Source: Trichoplax sp. H2 (lineage: Eukaryota). Taken from it: a DNA stretch of 64,000 bases. Under the pieces are notes generated by a model. The model did no database searches and was not told the DNA's origin. It saw only the letters and a program-made list of their open reading frames with translations. Positions 15,114-28,246 of this stretch are shown here, piece by piece. The stretch's first letter is position 1. Each line of letters starts with the position of its first letter. The stretch spans positions 1 to 64,000 of the forward strand of contig NOWV01000124.1 in assembly GCA_003344405.1 (NCBI GenBank). The letters are read 5' to 3'. The position numbers and the translations under genes were made by a program.

Positions 15114-15203
15114 ATTTATGTCCAATATAGTTTACCCGTATTAATTTATGTCAGATATAATTTTTCTGTATTAATTTATGTCCGATATAATTTTCCTGTT
15201 TTA
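15114..15203. repeat. 30-bp tandem repeat x3
   Basis: ATTTATGTCCAATATAGTTTACCCGTATTA / ATTTATGTCAGATATAATTTTTCTGTATTA / ATTTATGTCCGATATAATTTTCCTGTTTTA. Confidence 0.8.
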
Positions 15204-15842
15204 ATTTTTGGATTTTAGTTTATGGAAAATATCGTAAGAATTGATTTTTGAAATTTGAACTTTTTGTTATGAATTTGAAACTTTGGAATTTTATGACGTG
15301 ACATGAAAGTCACATTAGGAAAGTTTAGTTAGGAAAATAGAAAATAAGATGGAAATTGGTAGAGGTTCTGTTGATTGTTAAGTAGTTAGACTGTTATTTT
15401 TATGACTAAATCCTGATGTTTAAAGGTTATTTTTTAGACTTTTATAATGTATTAGTGATAGGAATTATGTTAGAAGTAATATTGGATGTATTTTATAGTT
15501 ATCTTGTTGGTTTTATAGTGTTTTGTATGGGAATCATAGGGTAAATTGTGTCTGAAATTTGAATGATTTTTTTTTCTTATATGGTGCAAAGTAGTTTTGT
15601 AAAATGGATCTTAAGAGCGGTTGATTGGTAAATGTTTAGTTTTAAATACCTCTGACGGCTCTATGAAGCCTATAAGTGATAGTGCAATTAGAAAATTTAG
15701 AGAGTGAGTAGAATAAGATTGTTTTGAAGAACTTGTTGAATTTAATAGGCCTTCGGAGTCGAATTGTCGTAAGTTAAAACGTTCTTGTTTTTGAAAGGTT
15801 GTTTGGTTATTAACAGTTTTTAAATCTGTCACTTATTTTATT

Positions 15843-16041
15843 AATACTTAAAGTTAAGTATTTGTAAGTTTGTTCGGTTTATACTTCTCTCCATTTTGTT
15901 TTGTAATAAATTGTTGTTCGATTATTTCCCCAAATTTTATTTAGTGTCAAAGTTTCGTTAAGTCGACCGGAGTGCAACGAAAGTAGAATCAAAGTTTATT
16001 AAAGTTTTACAGCTTGATCTCTACACTTTTCATTTCATTAC
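15843..16041 (+). repeat. Interspersed repeat D, copy 1
   Basis: About 200 bp highly similar to 36548-36746. Confidence 0.75.
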
Positions 16042-17865
16042 GAATTGATTCATCAAAAATACTTCTACCATCAAAGAAGCCTTAAATCATTCGTCAGTGT
16101 ATAGCAACATAAGGAATTGTTGAGTTAATATATGTGATAATTCTGATTGGTAATTCAAATCTTTATTTAGTTCAACGCTAGGCTCATACTAATGAAATGT
16201 TAACATACTTTGTTTTCAAGATAAACAATAAAATTACGAAGGCAGTAATTGAAGATATCAAGTTCCATTCGACATTACATCATTTTTTCCGCTCTAGTAT
16301 TTACTATTAATATTAAACAGATTCTATAGATCCTTAAGGGAATTGTAAACGAAGTTATTCGGTTTCGGTAGAGGATTTTAGAAATATCGTTTCTTAGAGT
16401 CTATACTGAGAAAGAGATAGTATACAATGCTATAGATCTCCGGATTCAGGATAGCTTTAGAAACTAGAGAATTATCTTTTATACTCTACTTGTTTACATC
16501 GCGAGGATCGTAAACAACAACAATCGTAACGGATCATAATTCTAGAATATGGTTTTGTTACTTAACTAAACTTGCCTAATCTAAACTAATTTAGATTACC
16601 CTAGATAAGTAACAATGACTGAGAAATGCACTTTCAGAATCTTCTAACTATATCTTTATTCTCGAAAATGCAAGTCTAATTTAATATTCAAAATCAATCA
16701 TTTAAATAGCTATTCTAGCCATAAAACCGGTTTACGATGTGTGATATATTTCGACCAATAAGACTTCGAGAATGCATTAAATTATTCCTAGTTTAATCCA
16801 GTGAATTTGTAATATTACTATAGATTAACTTTATGTTTGCCCTAGCTTATAATAAACAGGATTTATATTGAATTTGCCATTGACAATTCATATACCATAT
16901 TTAGTATAATTTAACCTGTATTAGGAACAGGTTTGTATCGGCTATATTAAGTCATCAAATAATTCATGCACATATCCAAATTAATAACTATCTTAACGTG
17001 ATACATATACATGTCTAAATTAAGTAAGTTATCATTCATCACGGTAGATTCACTACCGTGACAGGTTTCTATATAGCAGTGAAACCTATACGCTTTACTA
17101 TAGTATTCGAAGTCAACTTGTTTATCTTACCTTAATATGAGTACTTATTTATCACAATTAAAGTCTCGCTTCATAAACAACACTAAATTTAACAAAGGAG
17201 TAAATATGAGACCATATTAACTCTATTGCATAAACAACTACAAATTGCATAACCCGCATGCGATCTTTCATTTGCAAGATGGAAGGCTAGCGAACATATC
17301 TCCAAGTCTAGTAATACTAAGCTACTTCTTTACAGGGAATAAAGTTAAAAATTTTAAATTAGCTCATGAATAGATAATTTTAAAATATTTGTAGAAACTA
17401 TCCTTCTTGAAAAATATGAAAGGAAATTTTATCTAGTATTTGTCAATTTCTCAATACGAAATATAACTACATGCAATTATTGGAGCACTATTATAAAATA
17501 CTGATATGCCGTGTTATGAATGAATTAAATTTTGTTACCAATATATTAATTAAGAGTAAGTAGAGTTAGAATAATAGACCAAAATCTGTTGCATTATGAA
17601 GCTGCAAAATTTTAGTTTCGTTTATTACAAATATAGAGTAATGTACTAGAATGCTTAGCCCTTCATCAGGTGCTGAATCTGATCTTAAAAGCAAGTTTTG
17701 GATTTCATGTAATAGCTCGGTTATAATCTGCAAGGAAAGCAAGTGAATATTTACGAGGCAAAAATACAGAGAGAAGTTATTCCAAATTAGAAATATTTAA
17801 AAGTTAATAAAATTAAAGCGATCATTGCCTTTTAAGAGTAATTCACCTAACTTAATGCCTTGATT

Positions 17866-18956
17866 TTATAATTCAGAATTTTTGCCTAGATCACTACTAG
17901 AATTATATTCCAATTTATGAGCAAAGCTAAAGACGGTAGAATTATTATGACTTGGTATCTTTGATGCTGTAGATAGACTTGCTTGGAGAGCAAAATTTGA
18001 TGCGATTTCTTGGGAATACATAAGTACAATAGCTATTGCTCTGGTTCGTATATTAGGGTCAAATCTAAAGTAAACAAATGGGTTAAGAATTGTAAGGCTT
18101 GTTGTTACTGAATATGAAAAGAAAGCTAGTAAGAATAATATTATGCTTTGATTTCGTAATTTCAGTAATGAAGATTGGGTGATAGCAATTCCCAAAATCG
18201 TTGCAAAATATAGCCAAGTAATTGTGATATAGTTTAGAGCAATTCTAATCAGAGTATTGATGAATTTCCTCTTCTTAAGTTGGCGTTCGTTTTACTGACT
18301 AGATTGACAGGCTCCGGGTTGAACGTAACATTTTTGATGAAGTACTATTCTCCAGTAGGTAATTTCAATCGTAATTGATGATATTATGTAAAGAATTACA
18401 TCATAAATGACAAAATAAATTGATAAAGGAACATTTACTTCTGCAAATTCGCATGTAATATTGTCAGCCTGATGGATGCGGAGGATGATTAATAAGGGAA
18501 AATTTACCATTATTGATAAGATCCAAATACCTATTTCACTAACCACCACAAATAAGTTCCTGTGAATGCGATAAATACTTATCTAAGGTCTGACGATAAC
18601 AAAATATCGATCGATGGCAATCAAACTCAAATTCATTATCGATATTCTATAGGAAGTCATAGTGATATAAAAAATGCTTCTGCACATGATGATGCCAGAG
18701 TGCACGTCTAAAGTATACCCAGCAATTTGACTATAAGCATAGATCGATGTAATAGATGAAATGATGTCGCTATAGACAAAAGTTAGTATCAAGCGATAAG
18801 TTGTTTTGTGAAAGCATTTATCGGTAGTAAAATATACAGCAAAAATATGTTTGCTATTAAGCCGATAACAGGTAGTGGGATTGCAGCGATGTGGGCATAT
18901 GAATAGAGAGCTGAATAAAATTGATTGTGAGTTTAATTTGCATGTGAATGATTCAT
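17866..18956 (-). pseudogene. Class A GPCR pseudogene (cluster gene 2; closest to gene 1)
   Basis: ATG at 18956 (MNHSHAN*THNQFYSALYSY...IGLIANIFLLYI). Stop at codon 8, a 1-bp frameshift near 18830, and in-frame stops at 18583-18585 and 18292-18294. DRY and NPFVY are retained. Confidence 0.9.
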
Positions 18957-21067
18957 GATTCTAAGGTGAAGTTATAACAACAGTAAGAATATAATGAAAA
19001 ATCAAAAAAACGTTGAGAAATTATCACTGTATTATATATTGATTAGTATATTATATCTGTAATTAATGAGTTGATATACGTTGTGATTGTCTGTTAAGGT
19101 ATATTTTGGGCCGTGAAATATCTTGACTAGATGTAGATTAATTTCTTAAAGAAACTGTTAACTTTACTGTAGATGTTAGCAAAAGGTCTAAACGACATAA
19201 TGAGTTAGTGTACTAACTTTGGCTATTTTCCTACATAAAACTCTAATAACTGAAAATACCGATACAATGTGTGGCAGAAAGACAAGTTTGACCTCCGTTA
19301 CTGACTAAGATAATGCCTAAAAGTTCGCTAGTAAGTGTGTGGAATATAAAAAAGATCGTAAAAGACGATTCGAAAACGTAATGAATGTTAAAATATATCT
19401 AGTGAGTGCTTTTAGTTCAATAAATGAACATGCATATGTATTACCTATTGATAAGACGATTAATTACTTTGCAAATGAATGTGCAGCTGATCTCAGGATA
19501 AATGCTAAAGTATTAAGTTGTGGACTTCTGGTCAGATAGTGTATGTAAGATGCAACATCAGCTTGAATATAGATATTGTCTTTCGCTTTCTGCTTTATCT
19601 GCAGCGAAAGATAGATAAGCAGGTATCTTATAATTCCTAAAATCGTAATCACAAAATAAACAGTTCCTGTTTATGACGCAATAATAGGAAAGTGTAATAG
19701 TCCTAGCTTTATACTGGTAATTAAAGCTTAAATTGTATAGTGTTATATTGGTATCAAATTCAACTAAAAGCTAATGCACTGTAATGGCAATACAAATATT
19801 AGAAAGTTATAATATTCTATACTGAATCCTGTTACTGTCTGTAACACACATTATTGTACGTAATTACATAGATAATTCGAAGGATTGTGTCTTAATAACA
19901 TAAAATCGATATCAATTTGAGCCGCTATGGATTTAAACCTCCTTGTTGTCAGAGTCTTCTAGATTGATATAAGAGAGATCGCCAAAATTAATTTTATAGT
20001 CACCGTAGGTATTGCTAGCATTTGCATTAACTCATGTCATAAACTCATAGTGTTACATTTCGTCATTATAATGCGATGTTTGTTGCATATTACTATTAGA
20101 CACATAGTTTTCTAAATCCGGCGATATCCTATTAAATATGCTGCCCATTATAATTATCAATACTGAAGAAATTCATAATAATGGCAAGTACAACGCTTTG
20201 TTCAGATTAGAGTTTGTAAATTTGATTCGAGCATTCTTATACAGATGTCGTCTATACCTAGTATAAATATATCTGGTAAGACTGATAATAATTTACATCG
20301 CTAACGGTGCTTTATGGGTGTTTTAAAGTAATGCTTGAGAAGATATTGCAATCCAACAACGTAAATATCTTAGAATCTGCTTTTTACAGCTGATTTATGC
20401 ATATCCTAATCTTGTCAAATTATAACTCGCTATGACTTAGGTAAATCTGAAATGTTGTAATTTAGACTTAAATTAGTAGTTGGCTTGTTAACGACCATTT
20501 ATACCATTTAATGATGTTTTTAATATAAGTAGAGTAGCATCCAAAGAAATATTTATTTATGATCGGCAGCTATAGAATCAAAAGTTAAATTCTTGCTGAT
20601 TAAGTATTGAAATGTAATATGATATGTAATAATATTGCAGCTGGTTTTGGATAACTGAATACGAATCTCAATATTTGATAATATGTAATTCTTAAGATAC
20701 GTCAATTTAAGAATTGCATTGAACTTGGTATAAAAGAGCTAGCAGATGATTTAATGAGGATTCCAAGCTATTTAGGAGCTATATCGATCAGTAAGACTCT
20801 GCACATTAATTTTGTTAGTGGCCTATCCACATCTTTCAAATCGATATTAAAATATAAGTAAACGTAGTGAAGCAGCCCATGTAACAGTGAAGATATGTAA
20901 AACCATGCAGTATTAGATATTAATAGAAGATTAATTATGTTTAAATGGATTGATTGCCATGATTTTGGACTATTCCTTAAATTATCTTTGTGGTCATAAC
21001 AACTCATGACAATACAGAATAATGTGACTAATAACTGATATCAATTGNNNNNNNNNNNNNNNNNNNN

Positions 21068-21268
21068 GATATGTCCTATCACGGAACATTTCCATGATAA
21101 TTTACAGTCTACCATAAGTAAATTACAATCACAATGATTGGAACTGTAAGTAGATGATTTGCATTCCCTATTATAACCATTAATTTCAGTATGTGTATAA
21201 GTGTCACTGTCACAAAATGTCAGTGCTATATTAAAACATAGTATATCCAAATTAGAAGTTAACTAAAT
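21068..21268 (-). mobile_element. LTR family B internal fragment next to N gap
   Basis: Matches about 12144-12345 and the reverse complement of about 42044-42245. The terminus is missing. The flank 21268-21491 duplicates 20824-21047. Confidence 0.7.
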
Positions 21269-22216
21269 ATCCACATCTTTAAAATCGATATTAAAATATA
21301 AGTAAACGTAGTGAAGCAGCCCACGTAACAGTGAAGATATGTGAAACCATGCAGTATTAGATATTAATAGAAGATTAATTATGTTTAAATGGATCGATTG
21401 CCATGATTTTGGACTATTCCTTAAATTATCTTTGTGGTCATAACAACTCATGACAATACAGAATAATGTGACTAATAACTGATATCAATTGATATTGCTA
21501 GTAAAAAGAAGGCACTTTATAAGCAAATGTTCATATTTCAATTCTCTTTCGTTATAAAATATTAATTGCTCTAATTGATATTACTGAAATAAGAATAAAC
21601 TAAAACTACTGGCATTATTTAAGTTATCAAATGGTAAACATCCATCAGAAAAAGAAATTTGAAATATCTTGTGCATTCGTTTTGATGCTCTAGAAAAATC
21701 TCCAGAATGAGTCTGCAAACTAATATTACACAGGAGCAAATACTTTTGAAGTAATTGCGATAGAGATTCTATAATAACTTCCTGAAAATAATTACCTTAT
21801 ATACGTCTGGCAACAACAAAAAATAATGAACTGATGCTATGATGCCCTTTCTATGATATAACAGTGGATTACGATTTACAATAGGCTCCTGCAATTATTT
21901 GCTAGAAATTTCCTTTTCAGATTTCAAATTTGTAAGTCAGGTGTATAGATGTGAAGGTTGATATATCATTTGCCGTTACATAAAGTGTTTCACGTTGAAG
22001 TTGCCCTATGAAAAAGCTAATGGATAGCAGCTACTGCATTAAGGCAGCACCACTGTAATCAGAACAATTAATGAGCACTATGAGGCTTCTTACTCCATAT
22101 TTATAGCAATCATAAGTTAAAATAGTGTCATCTTAGCGATCAATAATGAAATCGAGTTACCAGAAAGAAAATTCATTGCAATTTTCGTACAAATACGACG
22201 AGCTTTCTTCCGTCGA

Positions 22217-23278
22217 TTATACCGATTTGGGTAATCTATGATTGCTTACAATTATTGGTGATGAGATTGACGGTTTAGAAGTACTTTTAATATGGAGGTG
22301 AATTATTGCCGAATTCTTGTTTTTACCCGTAAAACCGACGCGTTGCCAAATAATTGCTGATCTTTTTCGAATATTCACATCAAACTTAAAGTAAATAAAA
22401 GGACTGACAATGGTAATACTCGTTGTCACCGAGTATGAAAAGAAAGCCAGCAAAAATTGGAATACACTTCGATTTCTTAATTCCAATAATTCTTCTCTTG
22501 TAAAGGCAAAGCCAACCAATGTTGCAAAATATGGCCATGTAGTAAATACATAAAACAGTGCTATACTTTTTAACATTTTAACGAATTTTCTATTTTTTAC
22601 GTTTCTTATACTGTAATTTACCGAATATCCAGGTCGCACATAATTCTTTTGATAGTTTATAATGAGACCGTATGTAATGATAATTACGCTGCATGGGATA
22701 ACATACATAATTAAGGTAAATACGATAAAATAAACTGACAGAAGTGGTATAACTTCGCCTTGTTCACACATAAACGTATCTTCTTGGTGGATTTGCGTTA
22801 CCACTAGAGTAGGAATGGTGAATATTATCGAACTAGTCCAGATTAATATCTCAACAGATGTTATAATTCGAATCTTATAATTTCGATAAAACTGCACAAA
22901 GGGTTTAACTATAGCAAAATAACGTTCAATACCAATTAAACATAAATTCATCATGGATATTCCATAGGATGTTAACGTGATAAAAAAAACGCTTCTGCAA
23001 AGTGTAACTGCTACATGGTAATCTTTCGTATAGCTTGCAATATGAGCGAAGCCAAGTATGGAAGTTATAGTGGAAATACTATCGGAAGTTGAAGAAACCA
23101 TAATCAAGTAATAAGTAGTCTTATGAAAGAATTTATCGGTAACCAATAAATATAATAAAAATAAATTAGCTGACAATCCGATAATTCCCAAGCAAGTAGC
23201 AGCAGCGGATGAGTAGACATAGATTGTTGAGTAAAATTCTTGAAGGCTATTATTATGATCGGAAGTATTAACTTGCAT
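22217..23278 (-). CDS. Intronless class A GPCR, 353 aa (cluster gene 3)
   Basis: 7TM pattern with GLSAN, SD, ERY, MCE, YVIP, TWP and SPFIY. Confidence 0.93.
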   Translation of the reverse strand: MQVNTSDHNNSLQEFYSTIYVYSSAAATCLGIIGLSANLFLLYLLVTDKFFHKTTYYLIMVSSTSDSISTITSILGFAHIASYTKDYHVAVTLCRSVFFITLTSYGISMMNLCLIGIERYFAIVKPFVQFYRNYKIRIITSVEILIWTSSIIFTIPTLVVTQIHQEDTFMCEQGEVIPLLSVYFIVFTLIMYVIPCSVIIITYGLIINYQKNYVRPGYSVNYSIRNVKNRKFVKMLKSIALFYVFTTWPYFATLVGFAFTREELLELRNRSVFQFLLAFFSYSVTTSITIVSPFIYFKFDVNIRKRSAIIWQRVGFTGKNKNSAIIHLHIKSTSKPSISSPIIVSNHRLPKSV

Positions 23279-24087
23279 TTTTATAGCTTTCGATTGCTTT
23301 TTTTAAGCAAGAATATTTAATTCTCTTCCTTTAACGCAGAAGTATTAGCTGGTTCACCTAAGAAAGATATGAAATGCATATATAATTATGCTGTACTAAC
23401 TTCTAATTCTTATTAATAATTTAAAAAGGAAATGCCGATCTATAAGCTCTACTGTAAATTGCAAATTCCTATTTGATATTTATTGATTCATATATGTTAC
23501 TGTAACTATACTGAAACCAAATTTATAGCTTTACACACTTACTGAAACTTGTATATGATTTAGACTTGGTTATATTGACTAAGAACTATAGATATCGTCA
23601 CTTCATTCAATCTGTATTTGCTTACAATATAGGTAGTTTTCAATAATTTGGCTGTAGCAAATATACTTCCTCGACATTGTAGCAAGTTGATATCTTGAAA
23701 ATAGGAATAGTAAATTATCACAGTACAAATACACCATTAATGATACGGTATAAATTACGTATTTGTGTTTTGGTAGATTTCCATACTAATTGTTAATTCG
23801 ATATGATTTTATTCTTTCGTGCACGACTCAGTTGCGGTCTTATAGTAGTATAAGATTTTTATTCTATGCGTTCCTCTGTTAGCCTTGTAATGTAAGTCGA
23901 ATAGCTGGCATTCCTATTATGTAACACTAATGAGTCCTTTACATGTTTTCCATACCGGCTACACCGATTGGCATGTTTAATTGTAATGAATTGCGTGAGG
24001 AGTCTATTAACGGAATTCGAGACTCCTTATATTTCTCTTATCTATAATTGAACAAAGAATGGTGTTTTTCCATATTGTTCTACCTAC

Positions 24088-24356
24088 ATAAGTTAGGTCG
24101 ACTAAACTATTGCAATTTTGATTGATTGCTAATATTGCTCGTTAGTAGTTAATTTCTGTTGTCTTTTACGAGTGCATCGCGTTGCTCAAACTACTCGAAT
24201 TAAAGTAATAATAGTCCGACGTTGTCAATTTTAACTGAGTGACCACAGTCTAGAAGGGAAGTTCTAGGCCGAAACTAAAATGAATGTTGACTGTAGCAAC
24301 TTAGAACAGCAGAATACTTTACTTTATCCTTTATCTAGAGAGTAGTCCGTTATACA
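24088..24356 (+). repeat. Interspersed repeat E, copy 1 (inverted relative to 44964-45235)
   Basis: Shared blocks such as TCTAGAAGGGA(A/T)GTTCTAGGCCGAAACTAAAAT, AATATTGCTCGTTAGTAGTT and GCATCGCGTTGCTC. The copies are diverged. Confidence 0.7.
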
Positions 24357-27300
24357 ACTTTTAAGTCGACTGATTGAATACTGAGCATAGGCACGATATG
24401 ATTACTTGTATCAGTAAGTTTGCTACTCTTTTAAGTTCGATTTATGATATCCCATAAACTAGTGATACCTGTAATCTTGACGTATAGCGACCGATGTGTA
24501 ACTATGATGACATAAGTAATTGTTAAAGTAACTCATAATCTCTGATTCTACTTTATTCGGCGATGAAATATTACAGATAAGTTAAAAAAATGTATCCGTT
24601 AATGAGATAAATGTAGTAATGAACAAGACTAAATGTAGGTATCATGCGAAGAATGGATAACTTTCTGTTAAATTGATAATTAATCTGAATATTTCTAGGA
24701 TTAAAATAAGATTGAGAAATTTATTGAGAGCTTCAATAGATTTCCACCATTTTCCTTCTCCTAAGCAGTGGTAATTAGATTTTAGATATTAAAAAATTCA
24801 ATTAATTCAGGCTTGCGCTAGTGCCCTACCCAAAAAGTTGCAGATAAGCTTTTACCAGTTTTATGTTTGGATGCAAAATATCTCTTTGGAAATCGTGACG
24901 GAGAAACTTCACTTGACGAAGAAAAATTATTTTAATAATATACTTAAAATATATGGCTATATTACACTTTCTGAAGCAGCGGTTCAGTTATTATGTTATG
25001 TTAGAACAGTATCCTAATCTTTATAGTAGTTCTTTATTCAATATAATGTATGCTAATAAGTCTTACTGCTACTAATGAAATATGAAAACTGATTTGTATC
25101 TCATAAATAAGCTTAAGTATCTTTCAATAGTTCATTTTATCGTACATCTAGAATGTCTATCCCATCTTTAGTGGGTAGAAATTATCTGTAGTAACATATT
25201 ACGAATATAATGCGTACAATTACCGTTAAACGTTCAAGATTATCACTAGAATTGAAAATTACAATGTTTGAGTTAAGTTAATTAGGAAAATTAGGTTATA
25301 TTGTAAACTCACCGATCACAAAGGCCATAGTTAACCTGAAATGATTATTTTACAATATAACTTCGATCCTTTAATAAAGATACGATTAAATATGTACTCT
25401 TGAGTAAACTTAACCGTATAAAACTAAAATAGCGTATAGTAGAAGTGATGATAATGCACCTAGTTAAGTCCAATTGAAATGATGTAAAAATGTTCATAAA
25501 AGTTGCGATCTAAAGAAGATAGAGTAGACTGAAGTAAAATTACTTAATTAATATCGATGCCAAAATTCAGCCAATCAGATTTATCATATTATTCACAAAT
25601 CTTAGAATTGCAAAATATAATATTACAATTGTTTTCATGAAAAGCGTATTTACTTCTATTATTGAGCTACATAATAAGGTTCATGTAATAAAATTATCTC
25701 TTAATTATTCTATCAAATCTAAATCTAATTCTCACAAATAATTATTTTATGTAGATAAAATTTAGAAAAAGCCATACATTGCAAAATTCAAGAATAGTAA
25801 AGCAATAGTAATAATTAATTAGAACAAGAATCTGATCCAAAGTATAATGAGAAGTGAAGACAAGTCCTTCAAGCTCATCTCTGCCGATTCTAAGTGTAAT
25901 ATGCTTTATTTATTTACGGCAAAATAATTATCTACAATCGGACCTGAGTCATCAAGCAGAAGACTTCCGCTCAATAGATCTATAAAAGCATTTACAGTAA
26001 GAATCAGTCTGCTCAAAATATAAATATTCTTGTATTAATATCTAATACTGTTAGATACTAGGGGTTTTCACAACTACGGTATCTCAATCCATGTTACATA
26101 TAATTCTCCCACCATGATTAGCTAATTGGCAACTTAGTAGCGACTACTTCTAACATAGTAATTAGAAATTTTTTAGTATTAGTGTTAGCATCACGATAAA
26201 TTCTGTTCTAATAAACCAGGCTATATCAAATGTAGCTATCGATTACAATCTAATATAGGGTGCATCACTACGGTTCATTAATTAGAATTTTTAATTAAAA
26301 AAGTTAACTTAACAAGTAAACTCTAATCAAAAGTGATTTGACTTAAAATAAGTCTAAAGTACCTGCGACTTTATTATTATCCAGTCTTTTTAATTTAAAA
26401 AGCATTTAGATTTTTCTAATAAGAGCAGTTTATGGCGATCCTATCGATTCCCTTGAAATTGACTTGAATGGTATATTTTTAATACTTTTTATTCTGAACA
26501 TGTAGTATATACCTTCGATGCCTTTGTTACCCTACAATAAAGTAAAGGCTAATATTTAATGCAGTACTTATTTATGTAGCTTTTATGTATTTTTTTGTAC
26601 GAAGCTAAAGAATACTTTTTAAAAGCAAAACATTAAGGCCCTGTCATCTTGGCGATTTGATGATTTAATGTAAGATCCACTTTAGTAAAATAATTATTAA
26701 TTGATACAAAACTTAAGAATTTCCCTTTATCCCTGTTACGGAGTGAATTTTACTAAGCTGTCGTAACATGGATACTATTAGATAATTTATCTGGGAATGT
26801 ATTTACGTTAATTTATCTATGACGTTAAACATATTTTCAATAGATAAGTGTATAGTTTCATAATATTATGTATAAATTGATAATTATAATTAATGTTTAA
26901 ATCGATTTACTATAAATTAAACGATTTTTAATAAATTTTAGGTTCAGTTATGTCTTAGAGAGACTAGCATTGCGTCACTATTCCTCATGACGATAGGAGA
27001 TCATCAGTATATGGAGTGGACTTTACGTTAATATCTTGGGGGACAAACCTGACTGTGTGGTCATGATTTGAAGTTTTTTATAATAATTTAACTTTGTCCT
27101 CGTTGCAAATTTTGATTTGAAAAATATCTTACAAATTTAAAAAATACGTCTTTCTCGTATTCTACAGCATTCGAAATTGTGCCCTAGTCGTATATCGAAT
27201 GAAATTCAAAGCGATGACTCTAGCTGCGATCTTGACAAAAATTATTATTACAAATATAAGCACCATATGTCGGCTGTGATTCTTACATTTTCTCTATAAA

Positions 27301-28246
27301 GTAATTTCTCTGAACCTGTGAAATCTAGCAAACGTATAATAATATCACCGGGGTTGTTTTGCCAAGCAGTAAGGCATTTGATTTTTAATGTTTAATCTGA
27401 TACTGGAAAATACATAATATTTCTTTTCATCTTGATAATTAGCCAGTAAATAATATTTTCTTCGCATATCTACGATCGCTGATTAAAATTATGCTAACAA
27501 AGAGCAAAATCGAATTCTTTTCCAGCTATTGACAACGTATTTATATGAGACATGCCTGCAAGTGTAATTTTCCGGCAAAGTTTATGCTATTATCTATAAA
27601 AATACTTTATGGTAATCTTTTACATCTTCGTAATAGTGCATCTACTGATTCCATCATTGCAATCTTGTATATCGATATAGTAAAAGTCTGTAATATCAAC
27701 ATGGACTCATAAGCAAATATAGATGAAAGGAAAAAGCATTAAAGCATATTTAAATAAAGCATGGATAGTATCTCAAGTTTTTCGAGGAAAGTACTTGTAA
27801 ATTTGCCGTTCAGAGTCTGTTAAGAAAGATATATTCTATTCAGTACCGTAACTGATACTGTGATAAAGACAAGCTCTTTAGCAATAAAAAATTTTCAATA
27901 AGAATAAAAATAATGATATAATAAGTGAAGAATGAAACAGCAATCTCATATAATACGCAGCAAAGACATAAAGTAGTACACGTACGCTCTGGTAAGAATT
28001 TTATTAATATTACGAAATACATATAACTAATTTTTCAGATATTGAGAATATCTTTTAATCCAGAAATTTTACAAATTTAAGATTGTTATGCTATATATAT
28101 CACATTTAGGTTAAATTAAATATGAAACACAGTAAACTAATTCTTTAGAAATATAGCAAACCACTCATGACTAAAAATACCAGCTAATATTTTTTTATTG
28201 TGCAATGAAGTATTAGTATTTACTATCTGAATTTGCTACAGCTACC

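Noticed and set aside
15114-15203. 30-bp repeats as a CRISPR array
   Set aside because: The units are contiguous with no spacers, the context is eukaryotic, and there are no cas genes.
20768-21451. Duplicated ORFs MSCYDHKDNL...
   Set aside because: They come from the haplotype duplication around the N gap and show no protein features.
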